A stretch of 64,000 nt of DNA from an uncultured Acidobacteriota bacterium (GCA_963736455.1 CAVTON010000002.1:96257-160256), one strand, 5' to 3'; numbered from the stretch's first letter, positions 31,164 to 40,740 are shown. Made by a program: numbers and translations. The notes: generated by a model from the sequence alone, not told the origin.

Positions 31164-32911
31164 GGCGGCGGCGTCCGCTCGTAAACGGCGCCTCCGTCCA
31201 CCCGCGCGACGAGGCGTAACCCGGGCTCGACCGGATCGGGAAGACCGTAGCGGAGAACGTAGCGCGCCTTTGCGGCGTCGTCCGGCTGCGGCTGGCGGTA
31301 ATAGGTGTGGGGCATCGGATACGTCCCGGGATAGCGTCCAAAGGCCATCATGAAGAGAGACATTTCTTCGTCCGGGTCCTTTGCCACGATCGTGAAGGAC
31401 GCATGGGGCGGCAGCCATGGGGCGCAGGAATCCAGAAACATCCACTGTCGGGCGCGATCCCGGGCCGTCTCATCGATCGGAGTCGCGGGCAGCCGCAGTT
31501 GTCCGGCGAGAGGCCGCGAGAGACGCATGCCGAGCGGAAACGCGCAGAGCAGCGCCGCCGCCACGAGCCAGAGACGCACTCGGGTCCGCCGGCGAGGGCC
31601 GGACTCGGCCTCGCTCACGCTCACCGAGAGGGAGAACAGAACGGGAAGGGGAGCGAGCACCCGCGGCGCCGACCAGGCGATCCACAAACCGGGATCCTCG
31701 GAAAGGTGCGAGTAGGCGAACACGAGAAAGGCGACCAACGCGGCCGCCGTGCCGAGCGTCATCCACGCGCGCCGGCCGATCCGACCCGACGCGATCAGAC
31801 AGAGGAGTGGAATCGCGTACGGGAGTCCTCGTCCGGCCCGGCCGAGCGCGGCCGGAATCCCGCGCGCGATGGCGAAGAGGTTCGCGGGGTGCACGGCGAA
31901 AAACGGACCGTACTCCGAGTAGACCGCGAACAGCCGCCGCGTCGCGCCGAAGGCGAACCAGGCGCCGAGCGCCGCGAGGGACGGCAGCAGCAGATACGAG
32001 GACACGCGGAGCCACTCCCGGGGCGAACGCCGGCGCTGCGCGCCGAAGAGGACCGCCGCCGCCACGGCGAAGACGAGTCCTTCGACCTTCGTCGCGGCCG
32101 CGCCGCCGAGCAGAAGTCCGGCCAGCCCGAGCAGCGCGGGCTCCTCGGCGTCGCGCCGTAGCAGCAGGGCCATGGCGAGGGTCTCGAAGAAGAGCAGCGG
32201 CAGGTCTCCGTTGCCGGCCATGAGGGTCCGGATGCCGAGCACGGCGATCGTCGCCACGGCGAGCGCCGAAGCGGCGGCCGACCGGTCTCGCGTCGCGGCT
32301 CCTCGAAGGATTCCGGGCAGCGCGGCGGCGAGCGCGGCAAGCAACAACGGGAAGGTCAGGATGGCGCCGGTCCAGGAGAATCCCCCCGCGGCGATCGAGG
32401 CCAGGGCTCCGGCGTGGGCGACGAGGGGCGGGTAGTACGCGTGCATGTACCCGTGGATCGGGTCGCGCAGGAATGCTTCGTCCACGCCGCGCGCGAGGGC
32501 GAACTGCTGGGCCTTCGGTCCCCAGAAGAGATAGAGATCGATGGAGGTCGCCGCGCCGGAGAGCGTCACGGCGAGCGCGCCGAGAACGCACAGCGCGGAC
32601 AGGATCGCGGCCACGGCGGCGATGCCGCCGCCCGGCGAACCGTTGTCTTCCGGCGCCCCCGGGCGGCCGCGCGCGAGGACCGAGAGCGCCGCCGCGACCA
32701 AGGCCGACCCTGTCAGCACCGGCACGACGCTCCAGCGCAGCCCGGCCAGGGCGAAGAGCGTCATGACGAAGCTCACGAGCGAGGCGCCGGCGCCGCCGGC
32801 GAGGACCGCGCGGACGGCCGGCGAAAACCGGCGGAATGGCCGCCGAGCGAGGATCGGCGCCCCGACCACGCTCATCCCGGCGAGCGTTCCGAGCCATGCG
32901 AGCACACTCAT
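31160..32911 (-). CDS. Putative GT-C glycosyltransferase fused to a C-terminal accessory domain
   Basis: DLYLFWGPKA, YYPPLV, GNGDLPL, TKVEG. The last roughly 140 aa resemble 32908..33360. Confidence 0.78.
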   Translation of the reverse strand: MSVLAWLGTLAGMSVVGAPILARRPFRRFSPAVRAVLAGGAGASLVSFVMTLFALAGLRWSVVPVLTGSALVAAALSVLARGRPGAPEDNGSPGGGIAAVAAILSALCVLGALAVTLSGAATSIDLYLFWGPKAQQFALARGVDEAFLRDPIHGYMHAYYPPLVAHAGALASIAAGGFSWTGAILTFPLLLAALAAALPGILRGAATRDRSAAASALAVATIAVLGIRTLMAGNGDLPLLFFETLAMALLLRRDAEEPALLGLAGLLLGGAAATKVEGLVFAVAAAVLFGAQRRRSPREWLRVSSYLLLPSLAALGAWFAFGATRRLFAVYSEYGPFFAVHPANLFAIARGIPAALGRAGRGLPYAIPLLCLIASGRIGRRAWMTLGTAAALVAFLVFAYSHLSEDPGLWIAWSAPRVLAPLPVLFSLSVSVSEAESGPRRRTRVRLWLVAAALLCAFPLGMRLSRPLAGQLRLPATPIDETARDRARQWMFLDSCAPWLPPHASFTIVAKDPDEEMSLFMMAFGRYPGTYPMPHTYYRQPQPDDAAKARYVLRYGLPDPVEPGLRLVARVDGGAVYERTPPP

Positions 32912-33360
32912 CGCGAGACGCCCCGCCGCCAGACGGTTCCCTCGGCGCTCCGCAGCACGAGGACGCCGGCCGGGGCGCCCGGCTCCGGACCGACGACGAC
33001 GAGATAGTCGGCGCCGCTCCAGGAGGCGGGCGGCAGGAAACCGCGAAACGTGGCCGCCGGCAGCGCGCGCCGGCCGGGAAGCAGCGCGACGCCGAAGCGG
33101 TGGTACCAGGTCTCGAGCGTGGCATCGGGCGGATTGGTTTGCACGACGAAGGACGCCCCGTTCGGAATCGAGGAGGCGGCGCGGCGAAGCAGGAGGTAGC
33201 CCGGCGCGAGCGAACGCGCGGGCGTGCGCTCGAACGGCGTGGCGGGCTTCAGCGATCCGCTCCTCCACGGCAGCGCCCAGAGAACCTGGGCGGTGAGGAC
33301 GGCGGCGCCGAGAAGCGGCGCGAGGACGGAGGCGGCGGGCCCGGTCGAACGGGGGGACAA
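32908..33360 (-). CDS. Small membrane-anchored hypothetical protein (GT-C partner)
   Basis: N-terminal TM segment. Stop overlaps the next ATG (ATGA). Confidence 0.72.
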   Translation of the reverse strand: MSPRSTGPAASVLAPLLGAAVLTAQVLWALPWRSGSLKPATPFERTPARSLAPGYLLLRRAASSIPNGASFVVQTNPPDATLETWYHRFGVALLPGRRALPAATFRGFLPPASWSGADYLVVVGPEPGAPAGVLVLRSAEGTVWRRGVSR

Positions 33361-33378
33361 GCGGACCGATTCTACCGA

Positions 33379-34368
33379 TTAGCTCGGCTCTTCTCGTCCT
33401 TCCCAGTGCTCGAGCAGCTCCTGGCCCACGGTCTTCGTCACGAAGATCTGCTTCAGGTAGTTCAGCGTCGTGACGGCCAGCGGCACGCCGGCGGCCGAAA
33501 ACGGCACGCCCACCGCGGCCAGGGCCAGGTGGCGGGCCTTCTCCGCGCCGGAGAACTCGGGATTCTTCCAGTCGAGGACGCTGCCGTAGTACTTGAAGAC
33601 CATTCGGTAGACGTCGGACAGGAGCATCCGGAAGCCCATCTCGACGCCCCAGACGAAGCAGGCGCCGGTGCGCACCTTTTCCAGGAACTCGGGCACGGTC
33701 TGCGCCTCGGCGACGGTATAGACCCGCGCCAGCGGCGCGAGCGTGTGCGCATCGGAGCCGGCGACGAGCGAGACGGCGCCCCGCTTCTCCCGGACGACGG
33801 CCATGAGGTCTTCGACGAGCCGGTTGTGGTGCGAGGTCATCGCGCCGTTCTTGACCTCGAAGACGTCGAACATCCGCAGCATCTCCTCGAAGTAGCGCCG
33901 CGGAGAGTTGCGCATCCGGTAGTTCTGGAACATGTGGTTGGCCGAGGCGATGATGTTCTCGGCGCGCAGGTACTCGTGCAGGTCGTAGATGTTGCGGCGC
34001 CTCCGCTGGATCTCGGCGTGCTGGGCTTCGTCGATGTCGAAGACGTTGACGTGGATGCGCTGGCGCGTCTCCGGAAACCACGTCTCGACTTCCTCGGAGA
34101 TGAAGAAGTCCTCGAGGTCCGGATTGCGGTCGAGCAGCGCCAGGCAGCCGTCGATCGAGTCGTGGTCGGTGATCGTGACGAAGTCCATCCCGCGTTCCTT
34201 GGCGAGGCGATAGACCTCCTCGGGGCGGTTGTAGGAGTCGCGCGTATTGGCGATGCGGAAGTACTTGAAGGTCGAATAGACCGAGTGGCAGTGCAGGTCG
34301 GCTTTTCGGAAACGCCGGTCGGCGAACCAGGCCGGCTGCTCGGAATCCGCATCCCGCTTGGAAGACAC
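33379..34368 (-). CDS. PHP-domain metal-dependent phosphoesterase (GTG start inferred)
   Basis: ADLHCHS, TITDHD, SEEV, FEVKNG, AGSDAH. Confidence 0.88.
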   Translation of the reverse strand: MSSKRDADSEQPAWFADRRFRKADLHCHSVYSTFKYFRIANTRDSYNRPEEVYRLAKERGMDFVTITDHDSIDGCLALLDRNPDLEDFFISEEVETWFPETRQRIHVNVFDIDEAQHAEIQRRRRNIYDLHEYLRAENIIASANHMFQNYRMRNSPRRYFEEMLRMFDVFEVKNGAMTSHHNRLVEDLMAVVREKRGAVSLVAGSDAHTLAPLARVYTVAEAQTVPEFLEKVRTGACFVWGVEMGFRMLLSDVYRMVFKYYGSVLDWKNPEFSGAEKARHLALAAVGVPFSAAGVPLAVTTLNYLKQIFVTKTVGQELLEHWEGREEPS

Positions 34369-34461
34369 TGAGTGGCAACCCCCTGGGCGCCTCCGTCGCG
34401 GCTCGTTCGGCCGCCGTTTCCGGCGCCCTTTGAGAGTACCATCCCGTGTTACCTTCCCGCT

Positions 34462-35208
34462 GTGACCCGGTTTCTCTTTCGCCTGATTTACGGCGCTCTT
34501 CTCCTGACCGTTTTCGTCGGTGCGGTGTGGTTCGGCTTCCAGCGGGCGATCGTGGGACGTTCCGTCACGGTTCCCGATCTCACCGGAAAGACCCCGGAGG
34601 ATGCCGCGCGCGCCGCCCGCGCCGTGGGGCTCCAGCTCGAGGAGCAGAGCGGCCGCGCGCGATACGACGATCGAGTCGCGAAGGGCCGGATCCTGCTCCA
34701 GCAGCCCGAGGGCGGCTCGCTCGCCAAGCCCGCGCAGACGGTCCGGGTCGTCCTCTCGCTCGGGGCGAGAGAGCTCCGCGTGCCGGAGCTCCAGGGGCTG
34801 GCTCCCCGGGCCGCGTCGCTGAAGCTCTCGCGCGAATCCCTGGAGCTCGGCGCGGTCTCCTGGTACCGCGACCCCTCGGCGCCCCAGGGGATCGCGGCGC
34901 AGGACCCGGATGCCGAGACCCCCGCGGTGCGGAGCGAGCCGGTGCGGGTGCTCATGAATCGCGGAGCGCCCGAAATCCGCATGGTCATGCCGGACTTCGT
35001 CGGCCAGGACGCCCAGGCCGTGCGCGATCGCCTCGAGACGTTCGGCTTTCGCGTCGGGAGCGCCCGCTTCGAGGCCTACGACGGGGTCCGCCCGAACACG
35101 GTCCTGAAGCAGTTTCCGCCGGCCGGCTATCCGCTCGCGAGGCACGAGGTCGTTTCGCTGACCGTCTCCCGCTCCGCCGACGGGGCGGCGGCCGCCCCGA
35201 GATCATGA
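34462..35208 (+). CDS. PASTA-domain protein (three repeats, N-terminal TM)
   Basis: VPDLTG, VPELQG and MPDFVG repeats with QQP/QDP/QFP. Confidence 0.9.
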   Translation: MTRFLFRLIYGALLLTVFVGAVWFGFQRAIVGRSVTVPDLTGKTPEDAARAARAVGLQLEEQSGRARYDDRVAKGRILLQQPEGGSLAKPAQTVRVVLSLGARELRVPELQGLAPRAASLKLSRESLELGAVSWYRDPSAPQGIAAQDPDAETPAVRSEPVRVLMNRGAPEIRMVMPDFVGQDAQAVRDRLETFGFRVGSARFEAYDGVRPNTVLKQFPPAGYPLARHEVVSLTVSRSADGAAAAPRS

Positions 35209-35888
35209 AGGTGCGGATCGCGCCGTCGCTCCTGGCGGCGGACTTCGCGCGTCTTGCCGACGCCCTCGCCCTCGCGGAGGCGGGGGGCGCCGACCTCGTC
35301 CACGTGGACGTGATGGATGGCCACTTCGTTCCCAACCTGACGATCGGGCCGCCCGTCGTCCACGCCCTGCGCAAGGCGACCCGTCTTCCGCTCGACATTC
35401 ACCTGATGATCGAGCGGCCGGAGCGGACGCTCGAGGCCTACCTCGAGGCCGGCGTCGACTTCGTGTCCGTGCACGTCGAGTCCACGCCTCATCTTCAGCG
35501 CTGCCTCGACGCGATTCGCCGCGCCGGGGCCCGGGCCGGAGCGGCGCTCAATCCCGCCACCCCGACCGGGGTCCTCGGCTCCGCCTGGCAGGATCTGGAC
35601 TACGCGGTCGTGATGTCGGTCAATCCCGGGTGGGGCGGCCAGCGATTCCTCGAGGCGTCCGTCGAGAAGGTGCGGCGGCTGAAGGCGGAGGCCGCGACGG
35701 CCGGATCGGGTCTCGCGATCGAGGTGGATGGGGGCGTGACCGACGCGAATGCCGGCGCACTCGCCGTGGCGGGAGCGGAGATCCTCGTCGCCGGAACGGC
35801 CGTCTATGGAGCGCCCGACCCGGCGGCGGCGATCGGGAAGCTGCGTCGGTCGGCCGACGTTGCGATCGGAGCGGCCGGCCCGAGATGA
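35205..35888 (+). CDS. rpe: Ribulose-phosphate 3-epimerase
   Basis: IAPSLLAADF, HVDVMDGHFVPN, MSVNPG, EVDGG. Confidence 0.97.
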   Translation: MKVRIAPSLLAADFARLADALALAEAGGADLVHVDVMDGHFVPNLTIGPPVVHALRKATRLPLDIHLMIERPERTLEAYLEAGVDFVSVHVESTPHLQRCLDAIRRAGARAGAALNPATPTGVLGSAWQDLDYAVVMSVNPGWGGQRFLEASVEKVRRLKAEAATAGSGLAIEVDGGVTDANAGALAVAGAEILVAGTAVYGAPDPAAAIGKLRRSADVAIGAAGPR

Positions 35889-36742
35889 TTCGAACGATCC
35901 GCCCCCGATCGAGCGCCCTGGCGCTCGTCCTCGCCTCCGTCCTGGCGGCGGCGGGCTGCAAGAGTGCCGGAGGCGCGTCTAAGAAGCCCGACAAAATCAC
36001 CCAGGAGCTGCTCACGCAGCCGAAGGAAGCGCTCTTCGAGAAGGGCAAGGCCCTGATCGCCAGGAAGAAGTACGACCAGGGCCGCAAGTACCTGAACTAC
36101 GTCTTCGAGACCTACCCGAACGAGACGCTCGGCCGCGAAGCGCTCCTGATGGTCGCCGACTCGTACTTCCAGCAGAAGTCGGCGGGTTCCTATACCGAGG
36201 CCCGGTACCGGTACCGCGACTACCTGAACCGATACCCCGGCGCGCCCAATCGCGACTACGCCCGCTACCAGTTCGCCTATTGCTACGACAAGGAGCACGA
36301 GCGGCCGGACCGCGACCAGACCGCCACCCGCGAGGCGATCGAGCAGTATCGGGCGCTCATCCGGGAATTCCCCGATTCCGGATACGCCGGCGCGGGCCGC
36401 GAGCGGATCCGACGGCTCACCGATCTCCTGGCGGAGCACGACTTCGGCGTCGGCTACTTCTACCTCCGCAAGGGCTCGACCGCGGCCGCCCTGTCCCGGT
36501 TCATCCAGGTCGAGGAGCGGTATCCGGACTACGACGCCAAGGACAAGCTGTACTACTACCAGGGGGTCGCGCTCGAGCGTCTCGGCCGCAAAGACGAGGC
36601 CGTCAGCTACTTCGGGAAAGTCGTGGAGGGGTTCCCCCAGAGCAGCTATGCCAGGAAGGCCAAGCGCCTGATCGGTAATAAATCCAGTGAAAAGGCGTCT
36701 ACGGCCGCTGCAGTGGTTGACACAAAGCCCCAAAACCAGTAA
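35885..36742 (+). CDS. bamD: Outer-membrane protein assembly lipoprotein BamD
   Basis: Lipobox AAAGC, TPR repeats, DRDQT, LAEHDFGVGYFY. Confidence 0.9.
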   Translation: MIRTIRPRSSALALVLASVLAAAGCKSAGGASKKPDKITQELLTQPKEALFEKGKALIARKKYDQGRKYLNYVFETYPNETLGREALLMVADSYFQQKSAGSYTEARYRYRDYLNRYPGAPNRDYARYQFAYCYDKEHERPDRDQTATREAIEQYRALIREFPDSGYAGAGRERIRRLTDLLAEHDFGVGYFYLRKGSTAAALSRFIQVEERYPDYDAKDKLYYYQGVALERLGRKDEAVSYFGKVVEGFPQSSYARKAKRLIGNKSSEKASTAAAVVDTKPQNQ

Positions 36743-36745
36743 ATT
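36717..36745 (+). promoter_or_regulatory. sigma70-type promoter inside the bamD 3' end
   Basis: TTGACA-17 nt-TAAATT. The -10 box contains the bamD TAA stop. Confidence 0.65.
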
Positions 36746-36790
36746 TTTAGGCTAGAAACCGCGATTATCCGTAATTTTTAAGGAGTCGCC

Positions 36791-37708
36791 ATGCGTCTCC
36801 CCGTTCGCGTTGCCGGTCCTCTGGCCGTCCTCATGACGATGGGAACGGCCACCCTGTTTGCGCAGCAGCAGCAGCCGGAGCTCAAGGGAGGAGGTCTCTC
36901 GTCCAAGCCCCAGAGCATCACGCGGATCGAGGCGACGGCTCCTCGAACGACCGAGGCGGCGCCCCAGCCCCTCGGGTACGAGGACGAGGTGGCCTGCTTC
37001 GGATACATCGGGCCTGACTCGGAGCACTTCGCCGCCACCGTCATCGGCGCCGAGAACGAGGCCGAGCAGACCGACTTCACCGAACACAACCTTCTCTATC
37101 TCGACGGCGGGTACGACCGGGGCATGAAGCCGGGCGACGAGTTCTGGCTCGTCACTCCGGGCGACGTCGTCTACCATCCGATCACGAGCCTGCCGATGGG
37201 CCGGTTCTACCAGTATCGGGGCCGGGCGGTCCTGGTTTGCCTCGAGGGGCGCACCGCCATCGTCCGCGTCACGCTCGCCTGCACGGACATTCCGATGGGC
37301 ACGTTTCTCAAGCCCTATGATCCCGTTCCGATTCCGCTCGGCCGCCGGCAGCCGAGCTGCGCCATGTGCGATCCGTCCACCGGCAAGGCCCATGGCCGAA
37401 TCGTCTTGACGCGCGACGGCGTCGTCGCCGTCGGAACGGGCACCGACATCATGATCGACATGGGGCTGGCGGAGGGCCTCCAGCCGGGCGATCAGCTCGC
37501 CGTGTACCGGTACGCGAGCGGCGCGGACTACGGTTTGCGCCCTCAGGGTTCCTACTGGATGTACAAGCCGCCGGCCGCGGGTGTCTCGGTGCCCCGAACC
37601 TATCTCGGCGATCTCGCGATCCTTTACGTCGGCGACCGCTGGTCCATGGCCCGGGTCATCGACTCGAACCGGCTCATCGAGATCGGCGACCAGGTCGAGT
37701 TGAAGTAG
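36791..37708 (+). CDS. Secreted hypothetical protein with two beta-rich domains (TsaP/FlgT C-terminal-like)
   Basis: AAGGAG RBS and signal peptide. Duplicated motif YLDGGYDRGMKPGD / MIDMGLAEGLQPGD; ends IGDQVELK. Confidence 0.8.
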   Translation: MRLPVRVAGPLAVLMTMGTATLFAQQQQPELKGGGLSSKPQSITRIEATAPRTTEAAPQPLGYEDEVACFGYIGPDSEHFAATVIGAENEAEQTDFTEHNLLYLDGGYDRGMKPGDEFWLVTPGDVVYHPITSLPMGRFYQYRGRAVLVCLEGRTAIVRVTLACTDIPMGTFLKPYDPVPIPLGRRQPSCAMCDPSTGKAHGRIVLTRDGVVAVGTGTDIMIDMGLAEGLQPGDQLAVYRYASGADYGLRPQGSYWMYKPPAAGVSVPRTYLGDLAILYVGDRWSMARVIDSNRLIEIGDQVELK

Positions 37709-37735
37709 ACCTCGCCCGTTCCCCGAAATCATTCG

Positions 37736-37765
37736 GAGAGGCGCCCTGCGCCTCTTCTTTTTTTT
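37736..37765 (+). terminator. Rho-independent terminator
   Basis: GAGGCGC-CCT-GCGCCTC followed by TTC and a T8 run. Confidence 0.8.
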
Positions 37766-37897
37766 GGCGTCCGCGCTGGCATGAAAAATCCGGAGGATTC
37801 CGAAAAACTGTTCTTCGCACGCACTACCGCTGGACCTTTCCCTTTGCTAAGATGCGCCCCTCTTCCGTTTCGCATCCGTTGATTTGGGGGAGGCATC

Positions 37898-38152
37898 GTG
37901 AATCTGGACGGTCAGCTCCAGGAAATCATCGACGAACTATTGGCTCACGGCATCTCGCTCGATCTCGCGAAAAAAGAGTTCGAGAAGAAGTACATCGTCG
38001 GCGCCGTAAAGCGGTCTTCGGGAAATCTCGGCCGGGCCGCGAGCTCTCTCGGGATTCACCGCAACACGCTGCGCAACAAAGTCGGAATCCTGAACATCCG
38101 TTTGCCGCGCGAGAAATTTCGAGTCTCGCCGGACATCACCAAGAAGAAGTAA
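37898..38152 (+). CDS. Stand-alone Fis-family HTH protein
   Basis: FEKKYI, GNLGRAASSLGIHRNTLRNK. GGAGG RBS before GTG. Confidence 0.9.
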   Translation: MNLDGQLQEIIDELLAHGISLDLAKKEFEKKYIVGAVKRSSGNLGRAASSLGIHRNTLRNKVGILNIRLPREKFRVSPDITKKK

Positions 38153-38154
38153 CC

Positions 38155-38280
38155 CCGCGGCGGGGAAACGCCGCGTCGGAATCCGGGCCGGCGCAGTCGG
38201 GCCGGGTTCCGAAAAAGTCACCGCGGCGGGGAAACGCCGCGTCGGAATCCGGGCCAGCGCAGCCGGGCCGGGTTCCGGAA
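38155..38280. repeat. Tandem duplication, 66-bp period, two copies
   Basis: CCGCGGCGGGGAAACGCCGCGTCGGAATCCGGGCCRGCGCAGYCGGGCCGGGTTCCG starts at 38155 and 38221. Confidence 0.9.
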
Positions 38281-38320
38281 GGAACACGTCGCGGGCTCCA
38301 GCGCCCGCCGACCGATCCCG

Positions 38321-38491
38321 CTAACTCTTCGGCTTGTCCGACGGCGGCTGGTCGCCCTTGACGGAATCCTTGAAGTTGCGCAGGCCCTCGCCGATACCCC
38401 TTCCGAGCTGCGGAAGCTTGTTCGCCCCAAAGATGATGATGACGATCAGCAGGATGACCAGAAGCTCCGGAAGACCGAGTGAGCCGAACAC
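38321..38491 (-). CDS. tatA: Twin-arginine translocase subunit TatA (56 aa, absent from the ORF track)
   Basis: AAGGAGG RBS then GTG: [46 protein letters not shown]... Confidence 0.93.
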   Translation of the reverse strand: MFGSLGLPELLVILLIVIIIFGANKLPQLGRGIGEGLRNFKDSVKGDQPPSDKPKS

Positions 38492-38543
38492 GTTGCCTCC
38501 TTCGGGTCCTACCCGACCGACGAGTCCCGTATCCCGGGGACGC

Positions 38544-39515
38544 TCAACAGCTTAGCAGACTCGCGCGGGACCCGAGGAGATCGGCGAAGTCCCGGTCGTC
38601 CGGGCGGCCCGCCAGCAGCCTTCGGACGAGGTCGATCTCGCCCGGAAGAAACCGCCGGTAGACCTCTCCCTTGCCGGCCGCCACGGCCCGCGCGAAGGTG
38701 CCGCAGACCTTCCAGGCGCGCTGCAGCAGGACGCGGTCGAGGCGGGCGGCGAGAGGCGCCGGATCCAGGCCTCGCCGGACGGCGAAGCGGGCGATGGCGG
38801 AGGCTGCCTGCCGCGGATCCATCCAGTCGAGGGTCGTGCGTTCCCAGAGGAGCGAAGCGAGGTCGTAGGTATCGGGGCCGCGCCGCAGGTCCTGGAAGTC
38901 GATGACCCCGACGCGATCGCCGGCCGGGAAGAGATTGTTCCCGTGAAAGTCGCGGTGGCAGAGCGCGGCCGGGTGCGCGAGGATCTCCGCGACGAGCGCG
39001 TCGGCCCAGTCGTCGTGCGTCCTCTGCTCGACGGAAGACAGGGGACGGCGGAGGAGAACGTCGAAGACGGCCTCGCGCGCGAGCTCGAGCTCGCGGCGCA
39101 GGAGCGCGGCGTCGAACGGCGCATTGATCCCGGGGTCGGGAAGATCGGCGATGGCCGCCGCCGCATCGACGGCCGCCTCGAGCCATGTGCCGCGTCCGGA
39201 CGTCTCGGACCACAGACGCGACGCGAGGTCCTCCGCGCCGAGATCCTCGACGATCTGATGGCCGGCGCCGTCATCGGCGAGAAGCTCGGGAACGCGAACC
39301 GCCTTCGAGAGCGCGGCCCGCGCCTCGAGCCACCGCCGCCGGGCGTCCTCTTCCTCGCGAGGGTAGACGACGCCGATGGCGGTGCGTCCCTCGGCGAGCT
39401 CGAGGCGAAAGTATCGGCGCCGCCCCACGTCCCCGGCGAGCGGCTCGACGCGGAGCGGCGCGAGAGAGATCCGACGGGCGAGCGCTGCGAGGCCGGACGC
39501 GTCGGACGGGAACAG
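38544..39515 (-). CDS. Aminoglycoside phosphotransferase-family kinase, AmgK-like (start uncertain)
   Basis: [40 protein letters not shown]. Confidence 0.82.
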   Translation of the reverse strand: MFPSDASGLAALARRISLAPLRVEPLAGDVGRRRYFRLELAEGRTAIGVVYPREEEDARRRWLEARAALSKAVRVPELLADDGAGHQIVEDLGAEDLASRLWSETSGRGTWLEAAVDAAAAIADLPDPGINAPFDAALLRRELELAREAVFDVLLRRPLSSVEQRTHDDWADALVAEILAHPAALCHRDFHGNNLFPAGDRVGVIDFQDLRRGPDTYDLASLLWERTTLDWMDPRQAASAIARFAVRRGLDPAPLAARLDRVLLQRAWKVCGTFARAVAAGKGEVYRRFLPGEIDLVRRLLAGRPDDRDFADLLGSRASLLSC

Positions 39516-39526
39516 GCTCGGTCTTT

Positions 39527-40138
39527 CTAGCTCGTGCTCTTGGCCTGCGAGAGCAGGACCTTCTTGATGTGGACCGGGGTGTTCGGCCGGTCGTTCGCCC
39601 CGCGTGGCGCGTTGGCGATCTTGTCCGCGACGTCCATTCCGGAGATCACTTCGCCGAACGCCGTGTACTGGTTGTCCAGGAAGTTCGAGTCCTTCACCAC
39701 GATGAAGAACTGCGAGGACGCCGAGTTGGGATCGGAGGAACGCGCCATCGAAACGATTCCCCGCTTGTGCGGCGTGTCGTTGAACTCGGCCTTGAGGTGA
39801 TTCGATCCGTTGCCGTTGGTGCCGTACGGGTGAGACGGATCCTCGGGCTTGGCGGTGGTCGGGTCGCCGCCCTGGATCATGAAGCCCGGGATGACCCTGT
39901 GGAAGAACGTCCCGTTGTAGAAGCCGTTGGCCGAGAGGTCGATGAAGTTTTCGACGTGTTTCGGGGCCTTGTCGTAGAAGAACTTGATCTGGATGTCGCC
40001 GAGATCCGTCTGCAGGGTGGCGATCGTATTGGCGTAGTCGCGCGGCACTTTCTTACCTTTTCCTTTCGTCGCTTGCGCGGCGGCAACGAGCGGGAAAGCG
40101 CAGGCGACCATGAGAGCGAGAACGGCTCGTTTATTCAC
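39527..40138 (-). CDS. Periplasmic cyclophilin-type peptidyl-prolyl isomerase
   Basis: FHRVIPGFMIQGGDP, SMARS, SQFFI, signal peptide. Confidence 0.95.
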   Translation of the reverse strand: MNKRAVLALMVACAFPLVAAAQATKGKGKKVPRDYANTIATLQTDLGDIQIKFFYDKAPKHVENFIDLSANGFYNGTFFHRVIPGFMIQGGDPTTAKPEDPSHPYGTNGNGSNHLKAEFNDTPHKRGIVSMARSSDPNSASSQFFIVVKDSNFLDNQYTAFGEVISGMDVADKIANAPRGANDRPNTPVHIKKVLLSQAKSTS

Positions 40139-40224
40139 TTCGGCTCCTTTCCGAACCGGCGAACGATAGCAGAGTCGGGCGCGGCGGGGCAGGAGGCGGC
40201 GACAGGGGCGATAGGATTGCCGCG

Positions 40225-40740
40225 ATGTACGCGTCCCTGGTCCGAGCGGTCCTCGACGACTCGCAGCGGCAGCGCGCCGGCCGAGAAGTCCAGCAGCTGA
40301 GAGACCGGCACCCCCGGGCCTCGCGGGACGAGCTGGCGGAGCGTCTGATCCGCCGGGCGGCCCTCCAGTGCGCCGCGGCCGGCGGGCTGCTCGCGGGTCC
40401 CGCGGCCTTCTTCGGGGCCGTGCCGTTCGGCGCCGACCTGACCTTCCAGGCCGTGACGATCCACAGGCTGGTCCTCGGACTGGCGAGCCTCTACGGCGCC
40501 GAGGTCAGCGCCGGGAGCCGCGCCGCGGGAGTCGCGGGCGGCTTCTCCGCCGGCATCGCTTCCGAGCTCGTCCGGCAGGGGCTCGTTCGTGTGCTCCGGA
40601 GGACGCTGCCCCGGAGGCCCGGCCTTCGAACGGCCGCGGGCGCGCTCGCCGGCGGCGCTTTGGGCTATGCCGCCGCGATCGCGGTCGGCCGCCTCGCGGG
40701 CGACGCCTTTCGCGGTCGGCGCCGGCTCTTCGGGCGATGA
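40225..40740 (+). CDS. Hypothetical membrane-associated protein (EcsC/DUF697-like)
   Basis: Gly/Ala-rich hydrophobic helices. Stop overlaps the thiO start. Confidence 0.7.
   Translation: MYASLVRAVLDDSQRQRAGREVQQLRDRHPRASRDELAERLIRRAALQCAAAGGLLAGPAAFFGAVPFGADLTFQAVTIHRLVLGLASLYGAEVSAGSRAAGVAGGFSAGIASELVRQGLVRVLRRTLPRRPGLRTAAGALAGGALGYAAAIAVGRLAGDAFRGRRRLFGR

Noticed and set aside
37777-37850. sigma54 promoter upstream of the fis-like gene
   Set aside because: TGGCATGAAAAATCC lacks the -12 GC, and TGGACC...TTGCT has the wrong spacing.
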